Origin: Eledone cirrhosa
Taxonomy: Eukaryota
DNA: 64,000 nucleotides
Reading direction: 5' to 3'
Assembly: GCA_964016885.1 (NCBI GenBank)
Contig: OZ024742.1
Span: 89,404,001 to 89,468,000, forward strand
A model generated the notes under the pieces. The model saw nothing but the letters and a program-made list of their open reading frames with translations. It ran no database searches and was not told the DNA's origin. Below, piece after piece: positions 37,687 to 52,301 of this stretch. The stretch's first letter is position 1; every line of letters starts with the position of its first letter. A program made the translations under genes and the position numbers.

Positions 37687-39729
37687 AATAAACCTTTCAA
37701 GGATTTACACAAATCCAGCCTCCTGTCATTTCATTATAATATTTAACTCCGTAATAGCACCACCAACTACAAAAACAAAGACGGTTGAACTGCTTTACGT
37801 TGAGTACTCTCTATATTATTACATTACGATTGACAATACGGAATAGACCAGCTCTGTCAAGTGGTAAATACTGCAACCTGAACTATATTGTACTTCTCCT
37901 ATGTCTTGATTTCTCCATCTTACTCCAACACCACTCTTATTGCTTTATTTACATATTTATATCTATATATTGATATGTTTATATATTTATACATTTGCTT
38001 TATCAATGTGCTCTTCCACGTATTCCACTTCTATGTATCCATGTATTTCTACTCCTCCTATTGGGACTTTTGCTCACTTGTACCCATTAGCACACGATAC
38101 TAGAATGTCTCCCCCTGAGAACAAAAATAAATATTACACGACTATATCCCGTACTCTACATCCCACTAGGATAAATTATAGATCTACATAATACAATTAG
38201 CGTTTTTTCATAAAAGACTCTCTTTAATTAAACCCCGCAACCCAAAACCTCATAGAAGTTTTTTTAAATGTTTAATTTTCATTTTTCTGTTTATTCAATT
38301 CTCAATCTTCTTACTCTTTAATTTTATAATGTTATTCTGAATTCTTTCAACTTCATCCTATAAATTTAAGCAATATTTTAGAGTTCCAACTTTCTGTCGG
38401 ACTGCTGGGTGGGTTTTGATGGCGGCGCAACCAGTTCCCTGGCGCATGGGCCTACCTGGATTGCTTGGAAAAATTAATTTCCCCTTGTTTCGGTAAATGA
38501 AACTACTCGGAGTGGCTTAATTCGCCCCGGGGGCCCGGAGCGCGGCTGGTGTTTTAACCGCCACATTGTACCTTTAAATTACAGATCAAATCAGAACTAT
38601 TAGATATATCAACCTTAAAATGTTAAACTGTTTAACTTTAAATTTTCTAATTTCTTTAATATTAAATATTAATTATTAATTTTTTCAACTTCATCCTATA
38701 AATTTAAACAATATTTTAAAGTTCCAACTTTCTGTCGGACTGTTGGGTGGGTTTAATGGCGGCGCGATCAGCCCCGTGACGCATGGGCCTACCTTGAGTG
38801 CTTGGAAAAATAAATTTCCCCTTCTTTCGGTAAATGAAACTACTCGGAGTGGTTTAATTCGCCCGGGGGTCCCGGAGCGGACGGTTTCTTAACCGCCACA
38901 TAGTACCTTTAAATTACAGATCAAATCAGAACTATTAGATATATCAACCTTAAAATGTTAAACACTGTTTAACTTTAAATTTTCTAATTTCTTTAATATT
39001 AAATATTAATTATTAATTTTTTCAACCTCATCCTATAAGTCTAAACAAAAACGTAACGTTCAAATATTCTGATCACACATTATAACACACTGACCCCCAA
39101 TATATTCACCTCTGCTAAGATACGGGTCCCTGTGAAAATTTTCACGCGCCACTCCTGGCCTGACTGTAGTCTGACATTAATATTGACCTTTCTTCCTCTT
39201 TCTTTCTATCTTCCTTCTTGTAGCCACGAAACCTTACTTTTCTACTTCTTCATTCTCTTCCTTCTCTCCTCCCCTCTTTCTGTCTTCCTCCCGCAGACTT
39301 ATCTTCCTTCCCCCTTTTTGTTTGCCTATATCTGACCGGTAGTAGTTGTTTAGATACGGGTCCCGTAGAATAAAAAAAAGATTTCTTCGCGACAATCCTG
39401 GCCTGACTGTAATACCGACCTTTCCTCCTCTTTCTTTCTGTCTTTCTTCTTATAGCTGACTTTAAACTTGGCTTCTCTTTTTCTTCCTTCCCCCTTCTTC
39501 TCTCTCCCTCCTTTCTTTCTTTTGTCTTGTGGCATGAGATTAACGCTAACTTATGTTCCCATCCCTTTCTGTTTTCCTCTATCTGACCGGTAGTAGCACA
39601 CTGTAAGCTTTAGCCACATCACTCGAGGGCGACCGGATAAGGTAGAAGGTAGAGGATAGCGATCGCCCTCGGGTGCTCGATTTTCAGCCCCATGTATTTT
39701 ATCTGTTACATTCACGTATTATATTTCGA

Positions 39730-39787
39730 ATACCTGATGATATCACCGGATTCATACGGAACCCGGTCATTGAAATGATCATAGTAT
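39730..39787 (+). ncRNA. Hammerhead ribozyme motif with palindromic stem III
   Basis: AUAC-CUGAUGA-U..ACCGG..CCGGU..U-GAA-AUGAUCAU-A-GUAU. Confidence 0.8.
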
Positions 39788-40223
39788 AATAAACCTTTCA
39801 AGGATTTACACAAATCCAGCCTCCTGTCATTTCATTATAATATTTGCTCCGTAATAGCACCACCAACTACAAAAACAAAAACGGTTGAACTGCTTTACGT
39901 TGAGTACTCTCCATATTATTACATTACGATTGACCATACGGAATAGACCAGCTCTATCAAGTGGTGAACCTCAAACCTGAATATATATATATATATTTAT
40001 ATATATATATATTATTCAATTCAGGAAAGTTTGTTGATCATTTAATCCGCTGACGTTTTTTGTAAACGGACATAAAGCACTCTATAAAATATCATTTTCG
40101 TTTCTATTTATTCTAACTTTATTTGATTTTGTTTTTTTTATTTTCTAATTTAATTTAATTGTTTGATAATGTAGTTAATATTACAATTGATGTAGAGAAT
40201 ATAAAACACATACAAATGTTCAG

Positions 40224-40430
40224 ATAGATGAGAACCGAACTCACCGAAACTGGAAACTAAAGGAACTAGAATTTATGCTCAGTGCATGGAATTGAGCTAA
40301 TGGCTCCCTTTCAAACAAGCTAATTAAGGATGCCCTACAAAGATGTGGCTTGCTGAGAACTTGGGCACAGCTACAAGTAAAAAAGAACGAATTTATTCGT
40401 GCCTACACGCTTGTTCTGCTACACGTGGAT
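40224..40430 (+). pseudogene. Myb/SANT-like (trihelix) domain remnant, possibly PIF/Harbinger ORF1
   Basis: After a CAG acceptor: RNWKLKELEFMLSAWN*..LIKDALQRCGLLRTWAQLQVKKNEFIRAY, matching W..E...L..W / I...L...G..RT..Q...K......Y; one in-frame TGA. Confidence 0.55.
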
Positions 40431-40999
40431 CAGTTGAGCCACATTTGGTCAGAGGAGACAAAAGAAGAAGGGCAAGAAGTCGAAAACTAAGAAAAACAAA
40501 GTCCCTGGGAAAAAGAAGGCCCAGGTTCTCTGTGAATTCCACAAGAAAGTGACCTGTTAGCATAGGGCGTCTGGGACAAACTGCGGGTTTGCAAGTCGCA
40601 CCCATCCTGCTTATGCCAACTACCCAAGCCAAAACCAACATGTGCAAACAATACAGTGCACAGGGTCACTGTCCAGGATGTATACTGAGGTTGTACGCAC
40701 TCCCCTGATGACGAGAAGGAAGTATACAGAAGCAGTACAGAGTTTTAACTGGATAAAAGGACTTTTTTTTTAATAACGGAAAAGATAGTGAGACAGATGA
40801 CTTAGCTTCGTCAACTACAAAGCCAAATTCAGTTACATCAACACTCGCGACCACCACAAATAAAATAGCTGGTGTGGCCGCTTCTGATACCCACGCAAGT
40901 GCCATATAAGCATCCACCACTGATCCCTAAAGTGTCACACTAGTGCTACTAGTAAATGATCTTCTAACTGACACTCAGTATGGCTTTCGTCCGGGTAGA

Positions 41000-41165
41000 A
41001 ATTGTATATATTGGGAAGGTGATGTTTCAAATGAACACACACGCCGCTGTTGTTTTCACTTCAATTTATTACAAATTACCGGGTGGTTGGTTCAATAACC
41101 CGATGGTTGTTTATTTATCGTCAAAGCTCTTTCGTCACACATTCTGTGACCTCCTCAGTGACTAC
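41000..41165 (-). mobile_element. pLTR fragment with HHR (41120-41163), family of 61773-64000
   Basis: GUCA-CUGAGGA-G-GUCAC..GUGAC-GAA-AGAGCU-U-UGAC. Confidence 0.75.
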
Positions 41166-42269
41166 CCTAATAATTTAGCTCCAATTAGTTGAGCGCTTTA
41201 CGATGTAACCGATATGGTGGAGAAGAGAGGAACCAACCATAAGCTACCCCGGAAATTCCCTCTACTATGGGGATGGAAACCCCCTTACACTGGACGGACA
41301 TACTAGTAACTTTCGGCCGGATAAATACGCGGAAACAAATAATAGGATAAACCCCTATTTTCCTGCACCAAATCGCATTTGAACAGAGGCCCCCTCAATT
41401 CAATCTATACATGGACAGAAGGACAATCATATGGATCATTTTGCATATATGTACTCTGTGTTTTTGCATTTATTCACTATTGGTTCTGTTCTTTTCTTTT
41501 GTGTACTTTATGTCTGTTTTTCTTTGATTTTGTTCCATGTGATGATAATTAAAACTGTGTACCAGATTCACTAATGCCTGGAGCCCTGTAGTTATAATGT
41601 ACGGCACTGTCGTTCAATATGTGGATAGAGTAACTGGGACACTAGAATCCCTCTCAGAACATATTACTTAAACATCTCCCTCCATATTATTTACTCACTT
41701 CAGTCTATATTTTTACTCACCTCATTCCGAATTATCACCCGAAAAGAATTTTTTTTATTCTTTAATTTCTAATTGTTAATTTCTTAATTGTTTAATTTAT
41801 AATTTCTGATATTTGATTTAGGATTTTAATTTTTGTTTCCAACTCTCACTCTTAACTTCCAACGTAAAACCATGATACCTATAATAAGTTTGTTTTCCCT
41901 TATAAGGTGATGGTCAGTCGTACCGTCAATGCTTAGTGAGGGGTAGTATTATGACCTGTAAAAACTAACACTCTCCCATCCCCTCTGGCTCTCGGCTGAC
42001 TGCCGCAGCCGTGATGGGTAGCAGTAAAATATGGTACAGGCAATGGTGGGCCATTGTTTTGGATGATAGGGTGAACTGACTAAGCAAATTTCGCTGAAGT
42101 CTGCGGTGGCGAATGGTCAACTTCCTTCGGACATGCGCTTGCGCAGGCCGGTGGGGGTGAATTGGTATTCACAAGGGAGCGGATGAAAAGCCCCAAAACA
42201 CGCAATTCATCCGTTCCCTTGTCGATCCAATTTGGATTGCCTCGGAAACATAACCTTATTGTGTAACAA

Positions 42270-42344
42270 GCTGTCTGATGATGACACGACACTCGCACAC
42301 AGAACAGTGTGGCCAGTGTCGTCACTGAAATATATATCATAGCA
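42270..42344 (+). ncRNA. Hammerhead ribozyme motif with extended stem II
   Basis: GCUGU-CUGAUGA-U..ACGACACU..AGUGUCGU..U-GAA-AUAUAUAU-C-AUAGC. Confidence 0.75.
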
Positions 42345-42465
42345 TTATTATTAAAGGACTTGAACATCTGAAACTACTTCGCTTTTCCTTATTCGATATT
42401 TACTCCATCACTCCTATGTGGAAAAAGTACGTTGAGTGCTTGAATTGAATTGCATCAATGTTTAC

Positions 42466-43767
<1,302 letters not shown>

Positions 43768-43939
43768 ATAAAACAATCAATTGATTTTTTTATTTCATTG
43801 TTTTAACTGATATCATGACTCTGTTTTCCCTTTAATGTTTTGTTTTCCGGGATTTATCTTAACCTACAACATTTTGAACATATGGATTACATCGAGTTCT
43901 TCATGCAGAATAGACCCCACAAGTTACTGTGGATACCTC

Positions 43940-43992
<53 letters not shown>

Positions 43993-44071
43993 GGAGGCTT
44001 AGTAAAATAGAATCTTTGGCGGTGTGCGAGCACATTCGACCTACTATATGAATGCGTTAGCAAATGGATAT

Positions 44072-44139
<68 letters not shown>

Positions 44140-44930
44140 TGTAAGTATGCATACGTACATATAAATGTATGTATATATATATATATATATCTAAAATCAA
44201 GGGAATGCAAATACTGAAAAAATCTTAAAATAAATTCTAAATAATTCACTGTACTTACTGTATGTGCCCTTACCGCGGTTTCAAATCCCAAATGAATAGA
44301 TAATCCAAGCGGATTTTCATTAAGAAAGAGATTCTAGTCAGAAGGTATTTCTCTCTCGGAGAATATAAAATTCCCGAGTTAAAAATTATAAACTAGCGCT
44401 ATTCAAAACTGCCTCAGAATGAGAGCAAATAAATGAGAAACGAGTTTTGTCATGGTACCGTGTGCAAAAGCAAAAGCAGGGTGGACAGGTCAATCCTGTA
44501 CTGCTAAAAATAGCAGCCATTCAGACGACCAAAGATTTCTCTACCATTGGGGAGAATAATAATAAAAGTATATGTCTCTACATGTAATTAATACACACAA
44601 GGACACAAGCATGGTCCGACCATATATATATACATTCCACACAATACAATTAGTTAGCACCCCGAACGTTTAATTAGGAATATACTCACTTTCCTAATGT
44701 TTGTTGAGTGAGTTGGGAATTTGGCCGGCGTATGGCTATTAGCTTTCTCCGATAATGTATTTATATATATATATAAGCAAGATCTATGGTAGGTCGTACG
44801 TAAATCGCGATGATTACGCCTGATCTAGCAAATATGCGACGGTAGATAGTTAATCTCTATGCGTATAAGCAGAGCAGAAATATTAATGAACAAGAACAAA
44901 GGAACTATTATGACATTATAACAAGTTTAT

Positions 44931-44977
44931 TGCCGACAGCCGTTTCGTCCGACCATATGGTGGGACTTTTCAGGGCA
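44931..44977 (-). ncRNA. Hammerhead-like motif with a G8A change
   Basis: UGCC-CUGAAAA-GUCC.ACCA..UGGU.GGAC-GAA-ACGGCUGU-C-GGCA. Confidence 0.65.
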
Positions 44978-46521
44978 TATAACAGGTGATTGTAAGTTCA
45001 TTATTTACATCAACGTTTCACTCAAGATTAGCAGTTTGAAATCGTGGTATACATCAACAGTTCTGCTTGTAAATTGGGGGTCTATATTCTAAGGGGGCTC
45101 TTTTATATTAGTTGTAGGAGTTGTAAAATGGATGGGTTATAGGGAGTTAAGAGAATTTGAAAAGGGCCTAAGAGTTAGGGATTGAAGGTTAAAAATTAAA
45201 AAATTTATAAGTTACGCATTAAAAGTAAGAGACTTGGGATCTCGTAAAAGCACCATTAAAAATCTCTCAATAAGCGCATAGGAATATCGACAACGACTTT
45301 AGTTTGGTTTTACATTATTTATTAACAGAAGTTGAGCTGGCATGCCAAGAGAAATAAAACAAATCAATTAAGATTACAAGAGAAAATACGGGCGACTGGC
45401 TGAAGGCGTTTGGCCAGGCTCGTAGGTAATGTTTTGTGCTTACGGAGCAAAAGAACAAGCGTGTTTTACCTTAGCATGGTCCAGCTGCGAGTCATAGCGT
45501 CCTCAAATCTTTGCGGGCTATTTCTCCCTCAGAACGCGTAGGGATACATCCTCTTCTCCTGGCGCTGATTGGCTGAGCTGAGCCAAATCACGCACAGAGA
45601 ATGTATATGAGCCCGCAGAATGTAGGTCACTACAAACCTAACAAACCAGAAGAGATTAAGAGAATAAAAAAAATTAAAAAATTAAAATAAAAAGTTTCCT
45701 AAAAAATTCCTCCAAAAACAAACAGAAACATTTTTCTAAGAGATCCCCTTAAAAAGTTTTAGAAAATTTACGAAGATTTAATAATCCCTACGAAAGTTCT
45801 AAACTCAAAAATTAAAAATTAAAAATTAAAAATTAAAAATTAGGGAAAAGAACTTTCAATAAGAATTAAGAGGTTAATAAAGTTAATGATTTAGGGAATC
45901 CATAATATAAAGATTAAGATTTAAGTTAGGATTTGAATTTTAAGAGTTCCAAACCCAGAAATTAAAAAAATTTATGAAGCAATCTTATGAAGCAATTTAT
46001 TAAGCAATCTTATATATCCAAGATTAAAAATTAAAGATTAAGGGGTTGAACATTAAATTTAATTTTAAAAATTAAGAAAAAAATAGTTGAAAGAAATTAA
46101 TCAATTAAAGGTTAATTCAAAAAGCCTTCAAAAAATACCTCAGAAAAGGCCCTTTTAATATTTTTAACAAAAACCTCTTCCGAAAGACCCTTCAAAGAAT
46201 TAAAATTTTAGAGAACCTTTAAAAATATATATAAATGAATTGAGGAAAATTACAAATTAAAAATTAAAAATTACGGGATTTGGGAGATCCGAGGAATTTT
46301 CAAAGGGCTGCTTCAACAGATAGAGCAACTTAGGTATAATAGATAAAGTAATTTAAGTAATTTAAGTAATCTAATTAAGGAGCAATTCAAAGAGCTTATC
46401 AAGTTGGGCAAGATTAAAGAAAATGATAAATAAGAAAATATATAAGCAAAACGACAATAATTATAAAATGTTTTTTTAATAGCTTCAGTAATCTAATAAT
46501 GTACTATCAAAACATTATTAA

Positions 46522-46775
46522 TATAGGATTAACAAAGACATAATAATATATTCCTGCCTAATTAACAAACAATCAATAAACAATTAACAGTCAAGAAAAT
46601 TTACTCAGGGATATCCCACGCACGGATACTTTACACACATACAGCAATATATAGGATTAACAAAGACATAATAGTATATTCCTGCCTAATTAACAAACAA
46701 TCAATAAACAATTAACAGTCAAGCAAATTTACTCAGGGATATCCCACGCACGGATACTTTACACACATACAGCAA
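46522..46775. repeat. Tandem duplication, ~128-bp unit
   Basis: TATAGGATTAACAAAGAC..ACACATACAGCAA occurs twice. Confidence 0.9.
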
Positions 46776-47574
46776 GATGAACAATACAGGTGACCTTGTG
46801 GGTGCGATATCCATTGTGCCATGCAGTCATCTGCATAGCTCCAGGCACAGTTGGTCTTGTTGAAAAGTTCCGAGTTTACGAATCAACTGGGATTCACTAT
46901 CAGCTGTGTGGACTCTCTGGGAAATGTACCTGTGGATCAAATAGCTAGTGGTCACAGGGTGTGGCGCGGTCGATCTTTTCCATGTAGTTTCGGTCGTGCC
47001 AGTTATTAATCCATGCGTGGGATTGCACGCGTTTGCGATAGATCAGCCTGCCGGTTCTAAATCCAAGGTTTTGCTGTATAGGATATATTGGTGTACATGA
47101 TATATTGGTAAAAAAGTTCAGTATGGACTTGACTGGGGTAGTATATTGCGTCTCTCGCTATTATCCCCTCCTCTCAGCAATTCCAAGTTCACACGTGACT
47201 GGTCAAATGCTAAGGGCTGTCTCCTCTTTGCTTGTTGTAGGGGTCGGTTCTAGATTAGATGGTAGTTGTGTTATCCATGTTGCTTCTTTATCCCGTCAGT
47301 CATGCATATTCAAGACAGATCACGGTATATATGCAGATATTTGCGGGTATGGTCCGGCGTCTACGCTATCCAAAGGGTCTCTCTTGTGGTATTTTCAAAT
47401 TCGCATGTCATCTCCCGGTTAAGTCTGCGCATGCTTCGGTGAATCCCGTGCATGGAATCTTGGGGTATCATATTACACGGGGTGACTAGCAGAAAATACA
47501 TACTCCATGCTATCGCGCAGGCGCAGGCCTGTGGCTACGACCATGTCCAGTCTCGGGTAGTAGCAGACAGCATG

Positions 47575-48505
47575 TATAATTCAAAGGGTTATATGTATAT
47601 AATTCGACATAGTCACAGATACATATATGAGTTTGGCTACCTTTCACGGTGTGGCTCAAACTTGCAATTGTTTATATGTAGCACTGATTAATCATTATTT
47701 GCTTAATTAATTCTTCATTGAGCCACACCGTGAATGGTTGCCAAACTCATATATGTATCTGTGACTATGTCTAATTATATACATATATCCCTCTAAATTT
47801 AATATATACTCCCGTAAGGTTGAGTAAAACTTTAGGTAGCATCTGGCTGCGCTTTCTATCAACCAGCCTACTTGCCGACTGGTAACCAATCACTACTCTC
47901 TGCCTTGACCGCTAGTCACGTGATAGTTCTTAGCCATTTTTTAATTCATTTCTGGCGGGGATCACGGTAGAAATTTTAGTCCAGACTCGAGGTGTCTCTT
48001 GAAGAGTTCCAAGCCTTGTGGATAGATCCAAGATTGGGTATATCCGGAGAAAAGGAACAAAACTACCGGTAGTCGAGACTAGAGGAATGTTGGTAAAGTT
48101 TATATGCATTTATACTTCTAACTTCTATTTATACCTAACTCCGTGTAGTTGATTATTTATCTAGTCAATTTCTAAGGGCTAAAAGGAATAACTAACTAAA
48201 TTTTATCTGGCTATCCCTCGAAGAAGATAGTCTGTATCATTTGTCTATTATTTCTTCATAGTTATTTTTTAAACTTATAGCCTCGTTTAAATGATTATTT
48301 ATGTGGTTGATTTCTACGGGCTAGGGAAAGGAAATACTGTATATATTTTATCTAATAGTTCTTCAAACTTGCAATTTTATATATAGCTCTGATTAATGAT
48401 TATTTGCTTAATTAATTCTTCATTGAGCCACACTGTGAAAGGTAGCCAAACTCATATATGTATCTGTGACTAATTATATACATATATCCCTTTGAATTTT
48501 ATATA
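47575..48505 (-). mobile_element. Non-coding PLE-type element with direct and inverted termini
   Basis: 47658-47800 repeated at 48363-48505; 47577-47660 inverted; body homologous (reverse complement) to 32875-33455. Confidence 0.6.
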
Positions 48506-48516
48506 TATATGTATAT

Positions 48517-51390
48517 TAGGGTGTGGCATAAAAGGCAAGGTCACAATACTAACGCTCCCTGTGTATTTTCCCCATTATAAATGCCCCAATTGGTAAAATA
48601 AATCATATTTTGTATAAAATAAATTATTTTGAGACTTGTCTATATCATGGTGATTATAGTAGAGTGTGATTATGTTGTATGAAATCATGAAAATGTGAAA
48701 CCAAATATGACCATACAATAATTGTTTATTTTATTAATCCATTATATTAGTAAATCAGCTACAAGGAAGAAACAAGTTCAGTTAAGTTAACTCCAGTCAT
48801 ATTTTTTTCAGAGTTTCTTTTTTGAAATCAGCGACGACTAGCTTCGACTACTTGAAGAACACACTGATTCTCCTCCTCATTCTTGGTGATGGCAACAAAA
48901 TCAGTCATCAACTTGACTGCTCTCTTCGTCGTTGACTACCTTGATATTGTGAACAACAGCACAGGCATTTTGATATGACGCTTGTGATGACCAAGTTGCA
49001 GGTGACAGCTCAAACCAAACATCGTCGAGATCAAGGAAATCGAACAGAAGCCTTGATTTCTTCCCAACTAGATGAGGCAGCTTCGTGGACGACTTCAACT
49101 CGGGAAATACTGGAGCATCACGATCGAGAGGCCCAGACGTTTTCGTTTTGACAAGACGCTGGGCTATTTGTTTCTTCTCGGACTCTTGGACCCGATTTCA
49201 GAACAGCGCTAGCGGAATGGCTTCCACTGTCATGTACCAAAGATGCCTGCTCAGAGCAGTAGTGGCTGCCTGCGAGAGATCTTTGTCAACCTTACTGTAC
49301 TGTGTCAACTCCACGTAAAATTGGAGGTCATTGGATGGTGTATCAGCACACTTGACTGCTGTCAGCCAGTATCGCACGTAGAACAGAGCATTGAAAATAC
49401 AGATCCGGCGCAACTTTCACCTTTTAGCTTGATCGTAATTGAGTCACTCACCAAATGCATACATCTTTGCACTATAGATGATTGTGGACATCCACCAAGC
49501 GTTATGATGTGCACCAGGCCGCATCCAATGAATTCCACGAGGAGGGGTGACACCAAGCAAGATCAACATCCACTCGGCACATCCTCGGTAGTCGTCAGAT
49601 GTCAGCAAATCTTGGAGGAACTTGATGTTCTCAGAACACAGACGCTTGAGTCTCCGGTCGACAATGTTCAATGTTTTAAAGTTGGTCTTGTCCGTGAGTA
49701 ACACCCAATCTTTTTTGAACTCCTTGAACTCTGGGGTGTCTGGACTGGACATTACTCCGAATAGTTGTTGCCACACTGCACACAAGATACGCTCCATGAA
49801 TGGTGCCGACAAGCAAAATAAAACACCTTTTTGTTGAGCATCTCTTCTAGTTTCACGCAGGCACCATTTTTCCATCCAGAATTCTAAGCAATTGTGTCGA
49901 AGATCAAGCCCACCACAGACCCATCAACATTCCAATCTTTAACAAGATCAAATGATGCTTTGGCTTGGGTGGTTCCAGTGCCATCAGGAATTATGGGAAC
50001 ACCGAGGAGTTTACCTTCTCTGAAGTCCGGAGTTCCAGCAACTAGCACACCTAGCCTCTCGTGGTCACCAGGAATTATTTTGCCATCCCAATGCAAGGTA
50101 ACAAAGTCTGGTACAGCAAATTGTTCCTTTATGTGTTCAGCCCCCACAGTTTGATCTTCTTAGCTGCACGTCTGCTACTATTCTTGGAGAGAGTTGTGGC
50201 GTCTATGTCAGTCCCATCCTCAGAAATAATCGATGCCATAAATGTTGTTTTCTGGCCCAGTGTCAGCTTTAAACGATCTGCCATTAGAGAAATTTTTCGA
50301 CTTTGAAATGGATTCTTTGCGAGTTCCTCGTTTCTTGTCTGACTTTGAACTGTTTCTGGGTGGGTTTGAGGGCTGAAATTCAGGATCCTGTTCATCTTCA
50401 GTTTCATCATTGGTTGAACTTGAATCTCTCAGTTCATTACGTGGACGTTGTGCTGCTACAGGACCTGACAAACGCTTTCTATCGTTCTCTGACTCTCGAC
50501 GAGCCACAGAAACCTGATTACGCTTAAACTTTGAAGATAGCTTTTTCTGGTAACCCTTGTCTTCAGCACCCAGAGATACTTTTTTCTGGCAACGCAGGGC
50601 TTCGAGAAATGTAGCATCTTCCATTTTCTCTTCATTATTACGAAGACGGTCTTTCAAAATTTTCTTTTCTGCATCAGCATGTGCAATGTAGAAATACGAA
50701 TCCAATTCAGAAATAAATAGTGCTTCCTTTTCTTTGTTTGACTTAGAACCTTTGTTTCTTTTGTAAATTTCTATATTCACTGTACATGTTCATAATTTTC
50801 AGTTTCACTTTGTCTGTTCGTTGAGTCGCCACACCAGCTTTTTCCAACTGACTAACTATTTCCATCACATATCTATCCGCAATAGCACCATTGAAGCTCA
50901 CATGCTTTTCGTGTTTCATAGAACCATTTTTCAGGTAGAAGAAATATCTTAGAACATCCCCCTTTGTTGGTATTTTGTTTGGTGATAAGGATGTAACATA
51001 TTGCCCCAGGAGCCATATTTCTCGATTATCACAACGGAGCGAGTAGCTACAACTAGGCCTACTGGTTTCCGAAATTATTCTGCCAATTTGCAACTATTAG
51101 GCAAGGCTTAAATTAGTCTGAAATAATCAAAATTACATTATAAATTGATAATATACAAAATGGCATAAGAAAATGCATAGGGAGCTAAGAAAAAGACACT
51201 TTTGTGTAAAATTATCGACAGCAAATGCCTACAGCAATGGTATGTCCCACTGCGGGCTCTGTAATTTAGAACTGCTGCATATTTTAAGAGACGATAGGAT
51301 GCTGCTTAACATCAAAATAGAAAAATCCATTTTCTGTAGGCATAAAATAGCTACTAGATTTACGAACTTCAAACCACCATGATTTGAACC
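48517..51390 (-). mobile_element. Decayed hATm-type DNA transposon
   Basis: KIPTKGDVLRYF, LHWDGK, FDTIA, DDYR, RPGAHHNAWWM, RHLWY and KVVND in order; terminus TAGGGTG at 48517; second TIR not seen; many frameshifts. Confidence 0.75.
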
Positions 51391-51399
51391 AGCAATCCC

Positions 51400-52301
51400 A
51401 AAATTAGTACTGAACCACTAGATTTTAATATATTGAATACACACTATCGCACCACTATTAGCTATCAAACAGCCAACTGATCACTGGAACATAAATCTCT
51501 GTACACTTCTTCCACCCTCTCTCCATCAACCTCATTAAGATAGAACAACCAGCAAAACATCTACAACAAACGTTTATCAAACCCCCTGTCAGCCCATAAG
51601 TATCATACATTAATTAATCTCTAATTTATTATCTTTCCTTTATCGGACCCTCCACACAAATTTATCTACATCTCAAATCTGGTTTCTCATGTTAGCACCA
51701 AAAAACACTTCCTCAAAAACTACTAAAATCTAATTCTACGTACACTCTCTCATTCTTATTTCTTTTATTTCTTTTATTTCTTTGTATCCTCCATTTCCTC
51801 ATGTTCTTCTTATTATTATTACTTTTTAATGTACTCTATCTTATATTTTACTTTTTTACATCTGTAACATCCCTATTCTATGTACCATACATATTTTACT
51901 ATTGATGTTATTGTTTTATTTAAAATGTTATTATTGATGTTATTGTTTCGCTGTTACGCTACTTTTCTATATAAGTCTTGCCTCGGGTGAACTATTTTCA
52001 TATCTACGTGCTTTTATGTATTGGAGTCGATTGACGCAACCTCAAGCGGTTAGCGAACTCTAGACACACCTGATCAACGAAACAATTGTCAGTACTTTAA
52101 ATAAAGCCCTTATTGTACAGCCAACTATGTTACTCTTCTTTCTTTAACTATTATTACTCCAAGTATAACCTGCATAGAAATTACCGCGAACTCGCTGCAT
52201 AGCTATGAAAACATCTTGTTGAGTCAAACAAAGCCGTACGTTAAAACGATCCACGGCGCGGAGTACTCTAACTGGATTACCTATAACGACTACTTGTTAT
52301 C

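Larger units (their letters stand above)
35088..39981. mobile_element. Head-to-head foldback of two ORF-less ~2.1-kb HHR-bounded PLE-type units
   Basis: 35088-37480 (-) is the inverted counterpart of 37483-39981 (+); HHRs at 35140, 37245, 37629 and 39730. Confidence 0.88.
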
